The translations under genes and the position numbers were made by a program. Shown here one piece after another: positions 26,277 to 36,140 of a stretch of DNA of 50,623 nucleotides. This DNA is from an uncultured Ruminococcus sp. (lineage in GTDB: Bacteria > Bacillota > Clostridia > Oscillospirales > CAG-272): contig CAZVQC010000006.1 in the NCBI GenBank assembly GCA_964629225.1, positions 1 through 50,623 of the forward strand. Reading direction: 5' to 3'. Positions within the stretch are counted from its first letter, which is position 1. Every line of letters starts with the position of its first letter. Under the pieces are notes generated by a model. The model was not told the DNA's origin. It did no database searches and saw only the letters and a program-made list of their open reading frames with translations.

Positions 26277-29200
26277 ATGAAAACAAAGAGACCGATACGG
26301 TTTGTCAGCATCCTTCTCACCTTAATAATGGTGATCGGTGTGCTGCCACTGTCGGCGCTCTCGACCCTTGCTGCCGGCATAAGTTATGCCGATGAGCCCA
26401 ACTGGGTCTTGGTAGGTACCGACAGCAGTGCGAGCGCCGAGGAGAATTTGAAGAGTCTTACGACCTTGCTGACGGACGAGAGCGGCTCCGGTGCCAACTA
26501 CACCGGCGACACTTTGTACGTCAGACTTGAAAAAGATATCGCAGTCGATTTCAAGAGAGTTGTCAACAGCTTTGCCTCGGAGACCAACGGAGGCAACATG
26601 AACATTGCGGTAGTCGGCAAGAAGGTGCTTGATCTTAACGGACACACCGTCAAGTCAAAAATGATGCTTGGCGACATCGACGACGAATGGTACGATCCCT
26701 ACAGAGGCACTTTTCTCCTCGTATACGGCGACCTTACCATAGTTGACTCCAAGGGCGGCGGCGAGATGAAGTCTGATATGCAGATACAAAATGTCCGTCC
26801 GGAGGAAGTCTACCACTACGACCTGTTCCACGTAATGGACGGAGGAGAGCTGACCGTCAATGCGCCCGGCTCGAAATTCACAAGCGGTCGCTCGCAGGAA
26901 TACTATGATGACAGCGACTACCATATCAGAAATCACTGGTACCGCAGTCAGTCAAACGGCTCCCCGGTCGACGTTCACTCCGGCGGTAAGCTGACCGTTG
27001 CGGGAGGAACTTTCAACGGCAGAGGATACTCCTTTGACAGACGTAAGCATGACTATACAAGATTTGACTGTGCGGCTATTCTTGCGGAGAAAAACTCCAC
27101 GGTCTATATCATCGACGGTAACTTCTACGGCAGAGGCGGAGCCGATGCGCTGAACATATCGAACGATGCGGACATAACGGTAGAGTCCGGTGTTTTCGAC
27201 GTTTTCAAGGTGGACCGTCTTGCCGAAATGAAACACGACGCAGGCACGATGAATATAGTCGACGGTTGGTACGGAGACGTGGGTCTTCCCGAAAGAGTGA
27301 AAACTCAGCTTGCCCTCAAGGGCTCCGCTGTGGAGATAGTAAAGAACGGTCACGATGTTACGGGTGACGAGCTTAGCGACAGCAGCCTTGTCACGGACCG
27401 AAGCACTGCAAAGATCACCGTCCGTCCCACGGGCGGAAGCAACAATTTGGACAGCCGTGTGAGCATCGTCTCCGATAACGGTGTTTCCAGTATCAATCCC
27501 AATACCGTCAGCGGATCGGACACTTACGTGGTGAACGCCGAGTATAAGAACCCCTATTTCTCAAGGACGGCGGCGGAATTCTCCGAGTCAAACTACCGTC
27601 CTCGGAACAAGGATATCGGCAAAAACAGCGATGAATACTACCTGACATGGACCTTCACTCTTCGCGATACGGACGGCTCCAAGGTCGCCGATCTTGCCAA
27701 GGTCACGACAGTGGGAACTCAGACCTCCGTCAGCGTGGACCTTATTGCGGAATACGGCGCCTCAAAGTGGAGAAATCTGAGTACCGGCGACTATAAGATC
27801 CGTTTGGAGATCACCGAGTGCTGGAAGGGTGATCACACCTACAAGAGCACCTGGAGAAACGAGATGGGACTCAACCTCAGTGACAATTCACTGCTCACCT
27901 ATCTCTCCGGCATTACGGACTTCAAGTTTGACTTCAACGTAGTACATAACAAGGATCTCTACTACGGCGATACCCAGTATCTGTCATTTGAACTTGACTA
28001 CTACACGGTGAATGACCTTAACGAGATCAGAGATTCCTACAACAACTACTACGGCGGTTTCAGTATCATGGTCTCATATACCGTCGAATCCTACGATCCG
28101 AAGGGCAACAACTACGTGACAAATACGGATCCGAAGCCCATAGCAAGCACGATAACCGCCGCTGTTAACGACGGTGCGGGCCCGAAGGTCATAACAGCCA
28201 ATATATACATTCCGAGATTCGACGATTCCACCCGCAAGATAGTGGGATACGACGTTCTTACCACGAGAAAGAATTTCCTGCTTCTGCCGACGATGAGCAA
28301 GTGCCTTGACAGCGATGCGGAGACCGTGGGATTCCATAAGCCCGTATCATTGACACATACCGACAGTTACGTGAAGGTCGATACCGCAGAGGACGTCTGG
28401 GGTGCGCCTTTGGCAGACAGCGGTACGTTCTCATGGCAGTGGTATTCCGTCTACGACCACGATATCGGTGCGGACGTGGATATCCACGGCGACTCCTCCC
28501 CCTACAGCAAGTACACCATAGCGGCGGAAGGCAACAGTTACAAGATATCGAGGGACGGAACGTACCGTCTTGCATTCAGCTACGTTCCGAACAACGGCGG
28601 TGTTCCGGAGGAGTTCGTATCGGTGCCCATCGATATCTATGCCTCCAACAGTCAGGAACTTAAGATAGCGACCCTCAGCGGCAGCGAGACCGTACGTCCC
28701 ACGTTGGACGAACTCGGAAGATCGCCTTTGAGACTTGACCTCGGAGAGGGAAGCTGGGGTACGGTCGAATCGGTTACTCTTTCAATAAAGGGACGTCCCA
28801 CACAGGTGGCACATTCTTCACCCATTGAAGGCTCGTACTGCTTCTCAGCCGCAGCAAGGGAGGGCTACTACCTTTTCTACCTGAATGATTTTCCGAGCAT
28901 ACAGGACGCTATTGCCGACGGATGTGCAGGCGGTGAATACACGTTCCGTGCCACGATTCAGGGTAAAGACATCTACGGCTACAAATATAAAACATCTTCA
29001 AACGATCTCACGGTAACGTTCGAGCAAGAGGCGGAGGGCTACGGCCTTATCGTCAACGGAGAGTACCTCGGCAGAGGATGGTCGACTGAAGAGGAAGCAA
29101 AGGCACAGGTCATCCCCCTCTTCATCAACAGTAAGAGCCCCGAAATTACTTTACAGGTGGCATATTATCCCGAAAGTGCCACATTCGATCCCAATAACAG

Positions 29201-31892
29201 TTACACTTCATATTCCTGGTACGATTCCGGTTGTCCTTTCCTCAAAAGGGTCAGCGGAGGCAATACCGATACGTATCAAATGACCATATTAAGGCCCGGT
29301 GTCGGTATTATGAGTGTATATCACGTCGGTGAGTGGATATACTATAAGATCTGTGTTCCCGTCACGGAGATTCAGCTTACAATGCCGAACTATCAGAACT
29401 ACATAGGAACGGAATATTCCGCTATCAAACCCGTAAACGTGAGCCTTGTAGCGGAATGCGGCAAAAGGACGTCCGAGTCAGGCTCTTATGCAAGCGTTTT
29501 GCTCCAGGATGGTTATGAGCCGTATTTCTGGGAAAACGGAACGAATTACGTCAGCGGCAAGAAGGTCGCCGCAAACGATCTTGGCGTTATCAATTATCAA
29601 TTGCACCTTCCCGAATGGCAGTGCTTCCCGGTCGAGGAAGTGAGAGAAGGCAGATACATGGTGGATCTCGGCAGAGTCGCCGTCACAGTCATCCGCAGCG
29701 ACGGCACGAGCGAGACCTTGTCCGCCGAAGCGAGAAATGCATACATGAACTGGGATAAGGATTTCTGTTGCAGTGACGATTCTTACAATGATTCCACTAC
29801 TTACATGGGATTCAAGATAACCGAGGACGTGTTCGTAAAGGAAGAGAGCGCAACTTACATCGACCTTGTCACCATTAATACCACCGAGCCGGGCGTGGGC
29901 GACCCCATCAACGAGGGTATCAAGATCTACAGAGATGACGGCTTTGAGTGGACTCAGCTCGGCTATACCTGCAAGGCGGGTGACGTTTCGACGCTTACGG
30001 ACGTCAAGACCGAGAAAGGCAAGGATATAATATTCGTCTATTCAAGTACAGTCAGCAAAGCCACCGTCGAAACAGCGGGTGAGCACTACACAAATGCAAG
30101 CGGGGCTAAAGCCGAGAGCGGAAAGTCCTGGGCGTACAGCTCATTTTTGAACGGCACGTATGAAAACGGAACGTATTTCCACGAGCTTTCACTGAGTACG
30201 AACAAGGACCTCGGCACCGACGGCAAGAAATATTACTTTGCTCCCGATGTGAAAGTAGTACTGAACGGCCATATCCTTGATTTTGAGAACCTTGTACGGT
30301 ACGATGCGAGAAATGGCACAAGCTCCATCGGTCTGGACTATTTCTTTGATGTAGGCGACGTCATTACCGTTTCCGAGATCGATATTGACGGCATAGTACC
30401 CTATCAGGGGGATCTGCCCGCCACAGCCGATGATGCAACGCTTTTCGCAAAGTATTATGACGGAACGGAGGACAGCGGCAAGGTTGAGATCCGCTCCATT
30501 GAGTGGTTCGTAGATGCCAACAACAACAGCGTATTCGACGACGGAGAGGGTGTCAAAGCGAGGTTCTGGGGCGACGGCACTTACAAGCCGGAGGACAGCA
30601 CTCTCTGGTGGGACGGAACATTCCTTCCCGGCGTTGAATACAGCGCTAAGGTACAATTCGGAAGCAGTGCGGCAGCCCTCAGGTTTGCATCCGACCTTGC
30701 GGTGGACTGCGGAGGAGGCGAACCCGTATTTGATACGGCAACGTCATTCACGGTCAAATTCGCAGGTGACTTCACAATAAGAAAAGTATCCATTAAGACC
30801 GCCGAGGGTGCAGACGCGGCATACCCATCCGGCCGTGACCCGTTGGCACTTGCAAATGCAAGCGTGGCATACAACATAATAAGCATCGGTGTCTTTAAGC
30901 AGCAAGACAATCCGGACGTTGCAGCGGATTCCAACGTCCACGCCTTCTACGCACCGGAAGGAAATCACATTTCCGATACTTTGACCGGCGGCAAGTATTT
31001 CTACGAGTTCTCCATCTCTTGGAAGGATACCGACTACGTACTTGACAGCGAGGCAACGGTTCTTGTCAACGGCAAGGATTACGGCGAGGTATTCGCTCCG
31101 AACAGAAACGAGATAATCGTTGAAAGATCCAAGTATTCGCTGTACTGCTACTACTGCTTCTCGGTACCCAAGACCGGTGCGGACGTTACCGTCAACGTGA
31201 CGGGAGCATCCGGCGGCAAGGTGAATGCACAAAAGACGGTACAGCTCATTGAGAGCGGTTACAGCGAGGCGGCATATGAGAGTGTGATCGCCGCCGACGG
31301 TACGAGTTGCGTTATTTCGGGCGTTCCCGACGGCACGTACAAGGTGAAGGTGATGGCAGCGGGCTATGTTACCGCCGAGACTACGGTGACGATCAACGGC
31401 TCCGATGCCACCGTGAACGTGACTTTGAGGACCGTTTCCACAACCGCAGCGGTGAAGGGAACTGTCTACAGCAAGGGCAGTGCCGCGGATCCGGTCACTC
31501 TGAGACTCACCTTGGTGGGCAAAAGTGAGCCGTCATACGAGGTGGTAGTTACCGGAAACAAGGCTTCCTACTCCATCGGAAACGTTGAGAACGGCACCTA
31601 CGTTCTCACCGCAACCAAGAACGGTCACTCGGACTACAGTATCATGGTAACCGTGGACGGTACGGACCTGACACAGAACATCACCCTGTCACTTCCCGGC
31701 AGCCTTATGGGAGACGTGGACGGAGACGGCAGGATAACCAACAAGGACCTGCTCCTCATGAGACGTTACCTCCTTATGGTAGTGGGAGAGAGTGAGACCT
31801 TCTGTTTTGACAATGCAGACCTTGACTACGACGGCAGGATAACCAACAAAGACCTTCTCAAGCTCCGCAAGATAATAATGGGAGTTGAGTAA
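26277..31892 (+). CDS. giant secreted dockerin-bearing protein, tandem paralog of 20340-25979
   Basis: 1871 aa from the ATG after AAGGAGGA. Signal peptide MKTKRPIRFVSILLTLIMVIGVLPLSA. Shares motifs with the upstream gene across its full length (W.LVGTDS, YVRLE.DI, DLNGHT.K.K, LTIVDSKG, SGVFDVFKVD, IEWFVDAN). The C-terminal 242 aa are identical. Confidence 0.85.
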   Translation: MKTKRPIRFVSILLTLIMVIGVLPLSALSTLAAGISYADEPNWVLVGTDSSASAEENLKSLTTLLTDESGSGANYTGDTLYVRLEKDIAVDFKRVVNSFASETNGGNMNIAVVGKKVLDLNGHTVKSKMMLGDIDDEWYDPYRGTFLLVYGDLTIVDSKGGGEMKSDMQIQNVRPEEVYHYDLFHVMDGGELTVNAPGSKFTSGRSQEYYDDSDYHIRNHWYRSQSNGSPVDVHSGGKLTVAGGTFNGRGYSFDRRKHDYTRFDCAAILAEKNSTVYIIDGNFYGRGGADALNISNDADITVESGVFDVFKVDRLAEMKHDAGTMNIVDGWYGDVGLPERVKTQLALKGSAVEIVKNGHDVTGDELSDSSLVTDRSTAKITVRPTGGSNNLDSRVSIVSDNGVSSINPNTVSGSDTYVVNAEYKNPYFSRTAAEFSESNYRPRNKDIGKNSDEYYLTWTFTLRDTDGSKVADLAKVTTVGTQTSVSVDLIAEYGASKWRNLSTGDYKIRLEITECWKGDHTYKSTWRNEMGLNLSDNSLLTYLSGITDFKFDFNVVHNKDLYYGDTQYLSFELDYYTVNDLNEIRDSYNNYYGGFSIMVSYTVESYDPKGNNYVTNTDPKPIASTITAAVNDGAGPKVITANIYIPRFDDSTRKIVGYDVLTTRKNFLLLPTMSKCLDSDAETVGFHKPVSLTHTDSYVKVDTAEDVWGAPLADSGTFSWQWYSVYDHDIGADVDIHGDSSPYSKYTIAAEGNSYKISRDGTYRLAFSYVPNNGGVPEEFVSVPIDIYASNSQELKIATLSGSETVRPTLDELGRSPLRLDLGEGSWGTVESVTLSIKGRPTQVAHSSPIEGSYCFSAAAREGYYLFYLNDFPSIQDAIADGCAGGEYTFRATIQGKDIYGYKYKTSSNDLTVTFEQEAEGYGLIVNGEYLGRGWSTEEEAKAQVIPLFINSKSPEITLQVAYYPESATFDPNNSYTSYSWYDSGCPFLKRVSGGNTDTYQMTILRPGVGIMSVYHVGEWIYYKICVPVTEIQLTMPNYQNYIGTEYSAIKPVNVSLVAECGKRTSESGSYASVLLQDGYEPYFWENGTNYVSGKKVAANDLGVINYQLHLPEWQCFPVEEVREGRYMVDLGRVAVTVIRSDGTSETLSAEARNAYMNWDKDFCCSDDSYNDSTTYMGFKITEDVFVKEESATYIDLVTINTTEPGVGDPINEGIKIYRDDGFEWTQLGYTCKAGDVSTLTDVKTEKGKDIIFVYSSTVSKATVETAGEHYTNASGAKAESGKSWAYSSFLNGTYENGTYFHELSLSTNKDLGTDGKKYYFAPDVKVVLNGHILDFENLVRYDARNGTSSIGLDYFFDVGDVITVSEIDIDGIVPYQGDLPATADDATLFAKYYDGTEDSGKVEIRSIEWFVDANNNSVFDDGEGVKARFWGDGTYKPEDSTLWWDGTFLPGVEYSAKVQFGSSAAALRFASDLAVDCGGGEPVFDTATSFTVKFAGDFTIRKVSIKTAEGADAAYPSGRDPLALANASVAYNIISIGVFKQQDNPDVAADSNVHAFYAPEGNHISDTLTGGKYFYEFSISWKDTDYVLDSEATVLVNGKDYGEVFAPNRNEIIVERSKYSLYCYYCFSVPKTGADVTVNVTGASGGKVNAQKTVQLIESGYSEAAYESVIAADGTSCVISGVPDGTYKVKVMAAGYVTAETTVTINGSDATVNVTLRTVSTTAAVKGTVYSKGSAADPVTLRLTLVGKSEPSYEVVVTGNKASYSIGNVENGTYVLTATKNGHSDYSIMVTVDGTDLTQNITLSLPGSLMGDVDGDGRITNKDLLLMRRYLLMVVGESETFCFDNADLDYDGRITNKDLLKLRKIIMGVE

Positions 31893-31967
31893 GTCGAAAG
31901 ATCACCCGACATCAAATGATCCGAATCAAATGTCCCGACAGCCTTCGGGCTGTCGGGGGACGATCCG
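31162..31967 (+). repeat. second copy of the 806-bp identical segment
   Basis: See 25249-26054. Confidence 0.85.
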
Positions 31968-32170
31968 GAATAACTCGGTGAAATGCCGACTACGTTATTC
32001 GGAATAACTCGGTGCAATTAGTTCCGTATCATCCGTGGCGGCTTTCTGAGAGCCGGATACGGCAGTGGAAGTCGGATAGTGTTCACGGGAAAAATATTTT
32101 AATGAAGAAAAAAAGAATTAATTATCATTTTTTCGAAAGAGACTTCAAAAACGGAAGGAGAAGTGATATA

Positions 32171-33088
32171 ATGAAGAAAAGGTATTTTGCCCTTCTTGCC
32201 GTGGCTGTTTTGATGGCGGCTCTGCTCCTTTGCGGATGTGCTTTCGGGAACGGCGACAAAGACGGTATCGGCACCGACGGAGGATCACCATCGACGGAGC
32301 CGGAGGACGTATCCGCCGATGTGGATACGCCGGAAGATGCGCCCGAAGCGGATCCTTCGGAACTTCTTTCGCTGAGGCGGAGGATAGCGGACAGCGGCTC
32401 CTTTGTGGGCATCGCCTATGCGGGCAACGTTGAAAATAGAGACTACGTGGACAATGCCGCATCCTATCTTGAAGGCAGGGTGCTTTTGGAAAAGTATCCT
32501 TTCCTTTCCGACGTGAAGTTCTTCGATAACAAAGGCGAGAACATTTTCGTTCTCGTTCCGAAGAGCGAGAGCGGCAGGATAACTCTCTATTCCGCAGGTA
32601 TTGACGGGGACGGGGAGCTTTCGGTGGACCGTGATACGGAGATCTTTACCGGCGAGCCGGGGGAGGTACTGGTACTCAGGTGCAATGAAAGTGAGAATTT
32701 CTCCAACGTTCTCGTTCGCGTTACCGACGGAGATACCATTCTTGAATTTTATCCCACAGTCTCTCTTGAGGACGGACGCTCGGTGGATCTTCAAAGCGGG
32801 TGCTGCGATCTTACCGAGGACGATATCGGATTTCATGTGGACGAAGGGTATTATCTTATCGGCCTCGTCTACCCAAACGAGGTGAACGTGGAAGGTGAGG
32901 AGCTTTTGTTCCTCGGCGTTGAGGAATTCTGTAACGAGAGGATGCTGGCATACGGACTTGGTTCCGTAGGTGACAGCGGAGAATTTGAAACGGTGAGGCG
33001 GTTCATGGTATCCTACGGAGGCACTTATATGCTGAAGGATAGGGAGTGGACGGTGGTTGAGACCGGCATCTCGGATCTCGAAGAATGA
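32171..33088 (+). CDS. lipoprotein of unknown function
   Basis: 305 aa from the ATG after GGAAGGAGAAG. Signal peptide with lipobox (LLLC-GC), then an acidic Asp/Glu/Pro-rich linker. Confidence 0.55.
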   Translation: MKKRYFALLAVAVLMAALLLCGCAFGNGDKDGIGTDGGSPSTEPEDVSADVDTPEDAPEADPSELLSLRRRIADSGSFVGIAYAGNVENRDYVDNAASYLEGRVLLEKYPFLSDVKFFDNKGENIFVLVPKSESGRITLYSAGIDGDGELSVDRDTEIFTGEPGEVLVLRCNESENFSNVLVRVTDGDTILEFYPTVSLEDGRSVDLQSGCCDLTEDDIGFHVDEGYYLIGLVYPNEVNVEGEELLFLGVEEFCNERMLAYGLGSVGDSGEFETVRRFMVSYGGTYMLKDREWTVVETGISDLEE

Positions 33089-33204
33089 TGCTCACCTCCA
33101 CCCCGAAAACGTCGCATCATCGACTCGGATGCGGATGACATTTGTTAACGGTCGCCCGCGGGGCGTCTTAAATAGAATTTTTTTACTGAGAAAGGGCAGA
33201 AATT

Positions 33205-34617
33205 ATGGGACTTATTAAAGCAGGTATCGGAGCACTTGGAGGAACACTTGCGGATCAGTGGAAGGAATTTTTCTACTGCGAAGCACTTCCCAAGGACGTT
33301 CTGATGAGAAAGGGCGAGAAGCGGATCAGCGGCCGCTCCTCCAACACAAAAGGAAGCGACAATATCATCACAAGCGGCTCCGGCATCGCCGTTGCAGACG
33401 GTCAGTGCATGATCATCGTTGAGCAGGGAAAAGTAGTTGAGGTATGCGCCGAGCCCGGCGAATTTACATACGATGCCTCCACCGAGCCCTCTATCTTCTC
33501 CGGAAGTCTCGGCAACAGCATCAAGGAGACCTTCAAGACCATCGGAAAGCGTTTCACCTACGGTGGTGACACAGGGAAGGATCAGCGCGTTTACTACTTC
33601 AACACCAAAGAGCTGATAGACAACAAGTTCGGCACTCCCAACCCCATCCCCTTCCGTGTGGTGGACTCTAAGATAGGACTTGATATCGACGTATCCGTCC
33701 GTTGTTCCGGAGTCTACTCCTACAAGATCGCAGACCCGCTCCTCTTCTACACCAACGTGTGCGGCAACGTAAGCGACGAATACAACCGTGAGGAGATCGA
33801 CAGTCAGCTCAAGACCGAGTTCATCAGCGCAATGCAGCCCGCTTTCGGCAAGCTGTCCGATCTTGAACTCCGTCCCAATCAGATAGTCGCTCACAATACG
33901 GAGCTTGAGCAGGCTATGAACGAGGCGCTCTCCGCTAAATGGGGCGAGCTTCGCGGACTCAAGGTAGTCAGCATCGCTCTTGGTTCCGTAACTCTTCCCG
34001 AAGAGGATGCGGAGCTCATCAAGCAGGCTCAGCGCAGCGCTATCATGAGAGATCCCACCATGGCTGCGGCTACTCTCGTGGGCGCACAGGCAGATGCTAT
34101 GAAGGCGGCGGCTTCCAACGAGGCAGGCGCTATGACCGGCTTTATGGGCATGGGAATGGCGATGAATGCCGGCGGTGGCATGAACGCTCAGAATCTCTTC
34201 GCAATGGGACAGCAACAGCAGGTACAGCAGCAGGCTGCAACTCCCGCTCCCGCACAGGATGCATGGAAGTGCTCCTGCGGTGCTACCGCTACCGGCAAAT
34301 TCTGCCCCGAGTGCGGCTCGAAGAAGCCCGAACCTCAGGCGGCAGGTGCTTGGAAGTGCTCTTGCGGTGCCTCCGTTACGGGCAAATTCTGCCCCGAATG
34401 CGGCTCACCGAAGCCTGCGGATGCAGAGGGGTGGACCTGCTCTTGCGGAACTGTGAACAAGGGCAAATTCTGCCAGAACTGCGGCGCTAAAAAGCCTGCA
34501 GGCGTTCCCCAGTACCGTTGCGACAAGTGCGGTTGGGAACCCGAAAAGGGAACTACTCCCCCCAGATTCTGCCCCGAATGCGGTGACCCCTTTGACGGCG
34601 GCGACATAGTAGGCTGA
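33205..34617 (+). CDS. SPFH/band-7-like protein (COG4260, YdjI family) with four C-terminal zinc ribbons
   Basis: N-terminus MGLIKAGIGALGGTLADQWKEFFYCEAL is typical of the YdjI-like family. A Gly/Met/Gln-rich linker follows, then 4 tandem W.CSCG-x5-GKFCPECG modules. Confidence 0.6.
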   Translation: MGLIKAGIGALGGTLADQWKEFFYCEALPKDVLMRKGEKRISGRSSNTKGSDNIITSGSGIAVADGQCMIIVEQGKVVEVCAEPGEFTYDASTEPSIFSGSLGNSIKETFKTIGKRFTYGGDTGKDQRVYYFNTKELIDNKFGTPNPIPFRVVDSKIGLDIDVSVRCSGVYSYKIADPLLFYTNVCGNVSDEYNREEIDSQLKTEFISAMQPAFGKLSDLELRPNQIVAHNTELEQAMNEALSAKWGELRGLKVVSIALGSVTLPEEDAELIKQAQRSAIMRDPTMAAATLVGAQADAMKAAASNEAGAMTGFMGMGMAMNAGGGMNAQNLFAMGQQQQVQQQAATPAPAQDAWKCSCGATATGKFCPECGSKKPEPQAAGAWKCSCGASVTGKFCPECGSPKPADAEGWTCSCGTVNKGKFCQNCGAKKPAGVPQYRCDKCGWEPEKGTTPPRFCPECGDPFDGGDIVG

Positions 34618-34685
34618 TAAAAAGTAAGTCGAGGAGAGATCCCCGATTCGGGGATCTCTCGCAAAATAAAATACAGGAGAAAATC

Positions 34686-35624
34686 ATGGGACTATTTGAC
34701 AAGAAATATTGCGATGTCTGCGGAGAGAAGATAGGTCTTCTCGGAAACAGAAAACTTGAGGACGGAAACCTTTGCAAAAACTGTGCAAAGAAGCTCTCCC
34801 CTTGGTTCAACGAGCGCCGTCATTCCACCGTGGACGAGATCAAGGCTCAGCTTCAGTACCGTGAGGAGAACAAGCAGAGAGTCGCCTCTTTTCGTACCGG
34901 CCGTGCCTTCGGTGAGAGCTGGAAGGTGTTCTTCGACGATGCAAACCGTTGCTTTACCGTCACAAGAGCCTCATCCCCCAATACCGAGGATAACCCGGAT
35001 ATCATCGATTACAGCGCTATTACCGGATGTCACCTCAATATCGACGAGGACAAGGACGAGATCTACCGTGAGAACGCAGAAGGTAACAGAGAGAGCTATA
35101 ACCCGCCCCGCTACAATTATTCCTACGATTTCGATCTTATCATCAACGTTGCCAATCCCTATTTTGACGAGATCAAAATAAGACTCAACAGCCTCAGCGT
35201 TGAATACGCACCCGAACCGGCCGTACGGATATCCCTCTTCGGTCAGTCTCTTACCGGCAACGGCGTCAACCCGGAGAATTGCTCCGAATACTGCCGCTAC
35301 CGCAACATGGGTCAAGAGATCTGTGCGGAGCTTGACCGTGCTCGCGGCGTGAATACCGGCTACGGTCAGCAGGTACAGAACTTCGGTCAGCAACCTCAGA
35401 ATTTCGGTCAGCAGACACAGAGCTTCACCGCTCCCGCAGCGGCTGCAGTGGGTACTTGGGTCTGCGGAAGCTGCGGCACAAACAACAGCGGCAAATTCTG
35501 CGAGGGCTGCGGAAGTCCGAGACCTCAGGCGGCACCTGCAAGATGTCCCGCTTGCGGTTTTGCTCCCGCTCCCGGTCAGGCTATGCCCAAATTCTGCCCC
35601 GAATGCGGCAAGCAGATACTTTGA
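34686..35624 (+). CDS. DUF4428-type N-terminal zinc-ribbon protein with C-terminal zinc ribbons
   Basis: N-terminus MGLFDKKYCDVCGEKIGLLGNRKLEDGNLCKNCAKKLSPWF, then a Gln-rich linker (GQQVQNFGQQPQNFGQQTQSF), then two GKFC.ECG ribbons. Confidence 0.6.
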   Translation: MGLFDKKYCDVCGEKIGLLGNRKLEDGNLCKNCAKKLSPWFNERRHSTVDEIKAQLQYREENKQRVASFRTGRAFGESWKVFFDDANRCFTVTRASSPNTEDNPDIIDYSAITGCHLNIDEDKDEIYRENAEGNRESYNPPRYNYSYDFDLIINVANPYFDEIKIRLNSLSVEYAPEPAVRISLFGQSLTGNGVNPENCSEYCRYRNMGQEICAELDRARGVNTGYGQQVQNFGQQPQNFGQQTQSFTAPAAAAVGTWVCGSCGTNNSGKFCEGCGSPRPQAAPARCPACGFAPAPGQAMPKFCPECGKQIL

Positions 35625-35631
35625 AATATCG

Positions 35632-36114
35632 ATGACAAAGATCATCAGATCGGCGGTGATATCCATGTCGATAGTCTCGGTGATTTTGGGGCTGTTCGGC
35701 TGTGCCGGGACGTCGGAGTCTCCAAAGCACAGTCTGTCGGAGCTTACCTCGGTATCCGTCGGTGAGACCGGCTCTGATCAAACCGGCGGCTACTCCTTTT
35801 GGATCCGCCTTGAAGACGAGGGGTGGGCCTTTGAAGGTGATTGCAGTATCGGTGACGGGAACGTTTCCGTTATGGACGCAAGGGTGACCTCGGAGGAGCG
35901 TGAAGAACTGTTTTCGGCACTTGAAGAAAACGGTGCTGTCCTCTATGCGGAGAATTACAAGCAGCGGAAGAATTCCTCCCGCGCTTCGGACGGTGATTCC
36001 TACGGCTTTGTACTCACCTTTTCGAACGGCGATCAATGCATCACCTACGAACGTCAGGAGTATCTCGAACGGTACTTTTTCCGACTTGCGGAAAAGTACG
36101 GAAATATCAAATAA
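35632..36114 (+). CDS. small lipoprotein of unknown function
   Basis: The ATG lies 8 nt after the upstream stop. Signal peptide and lipobox ILGLFGC-AG. Alternative start at 35665. Confidence 0.45.
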   Translation: MTKIIRSAVISMSIVSVILGLFGCAGTSESPKHSLSELTSVSVGETGSDQTGGYSFWIRLEDEGWAFEGDCSIGDGNVSVMDARVTSEEREELFSALEENGAVLYAENYKQRKNSSRASDGDSYGFVLTFSNGDQCITYERQEYLERYFFRLAEKYGNIK

Positions 36115-36140
36115 CTTGAAACCAGAAACGGAGGAACATT

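Noticed and set aside
33145-34215. 356-aa minus-strand ORF antisense to the SPFH-like gene
   Set aside because: Same reasoning: the sense-strand gene has a family-typical N-terminus and RBS, and the antisense ORF has no start context.
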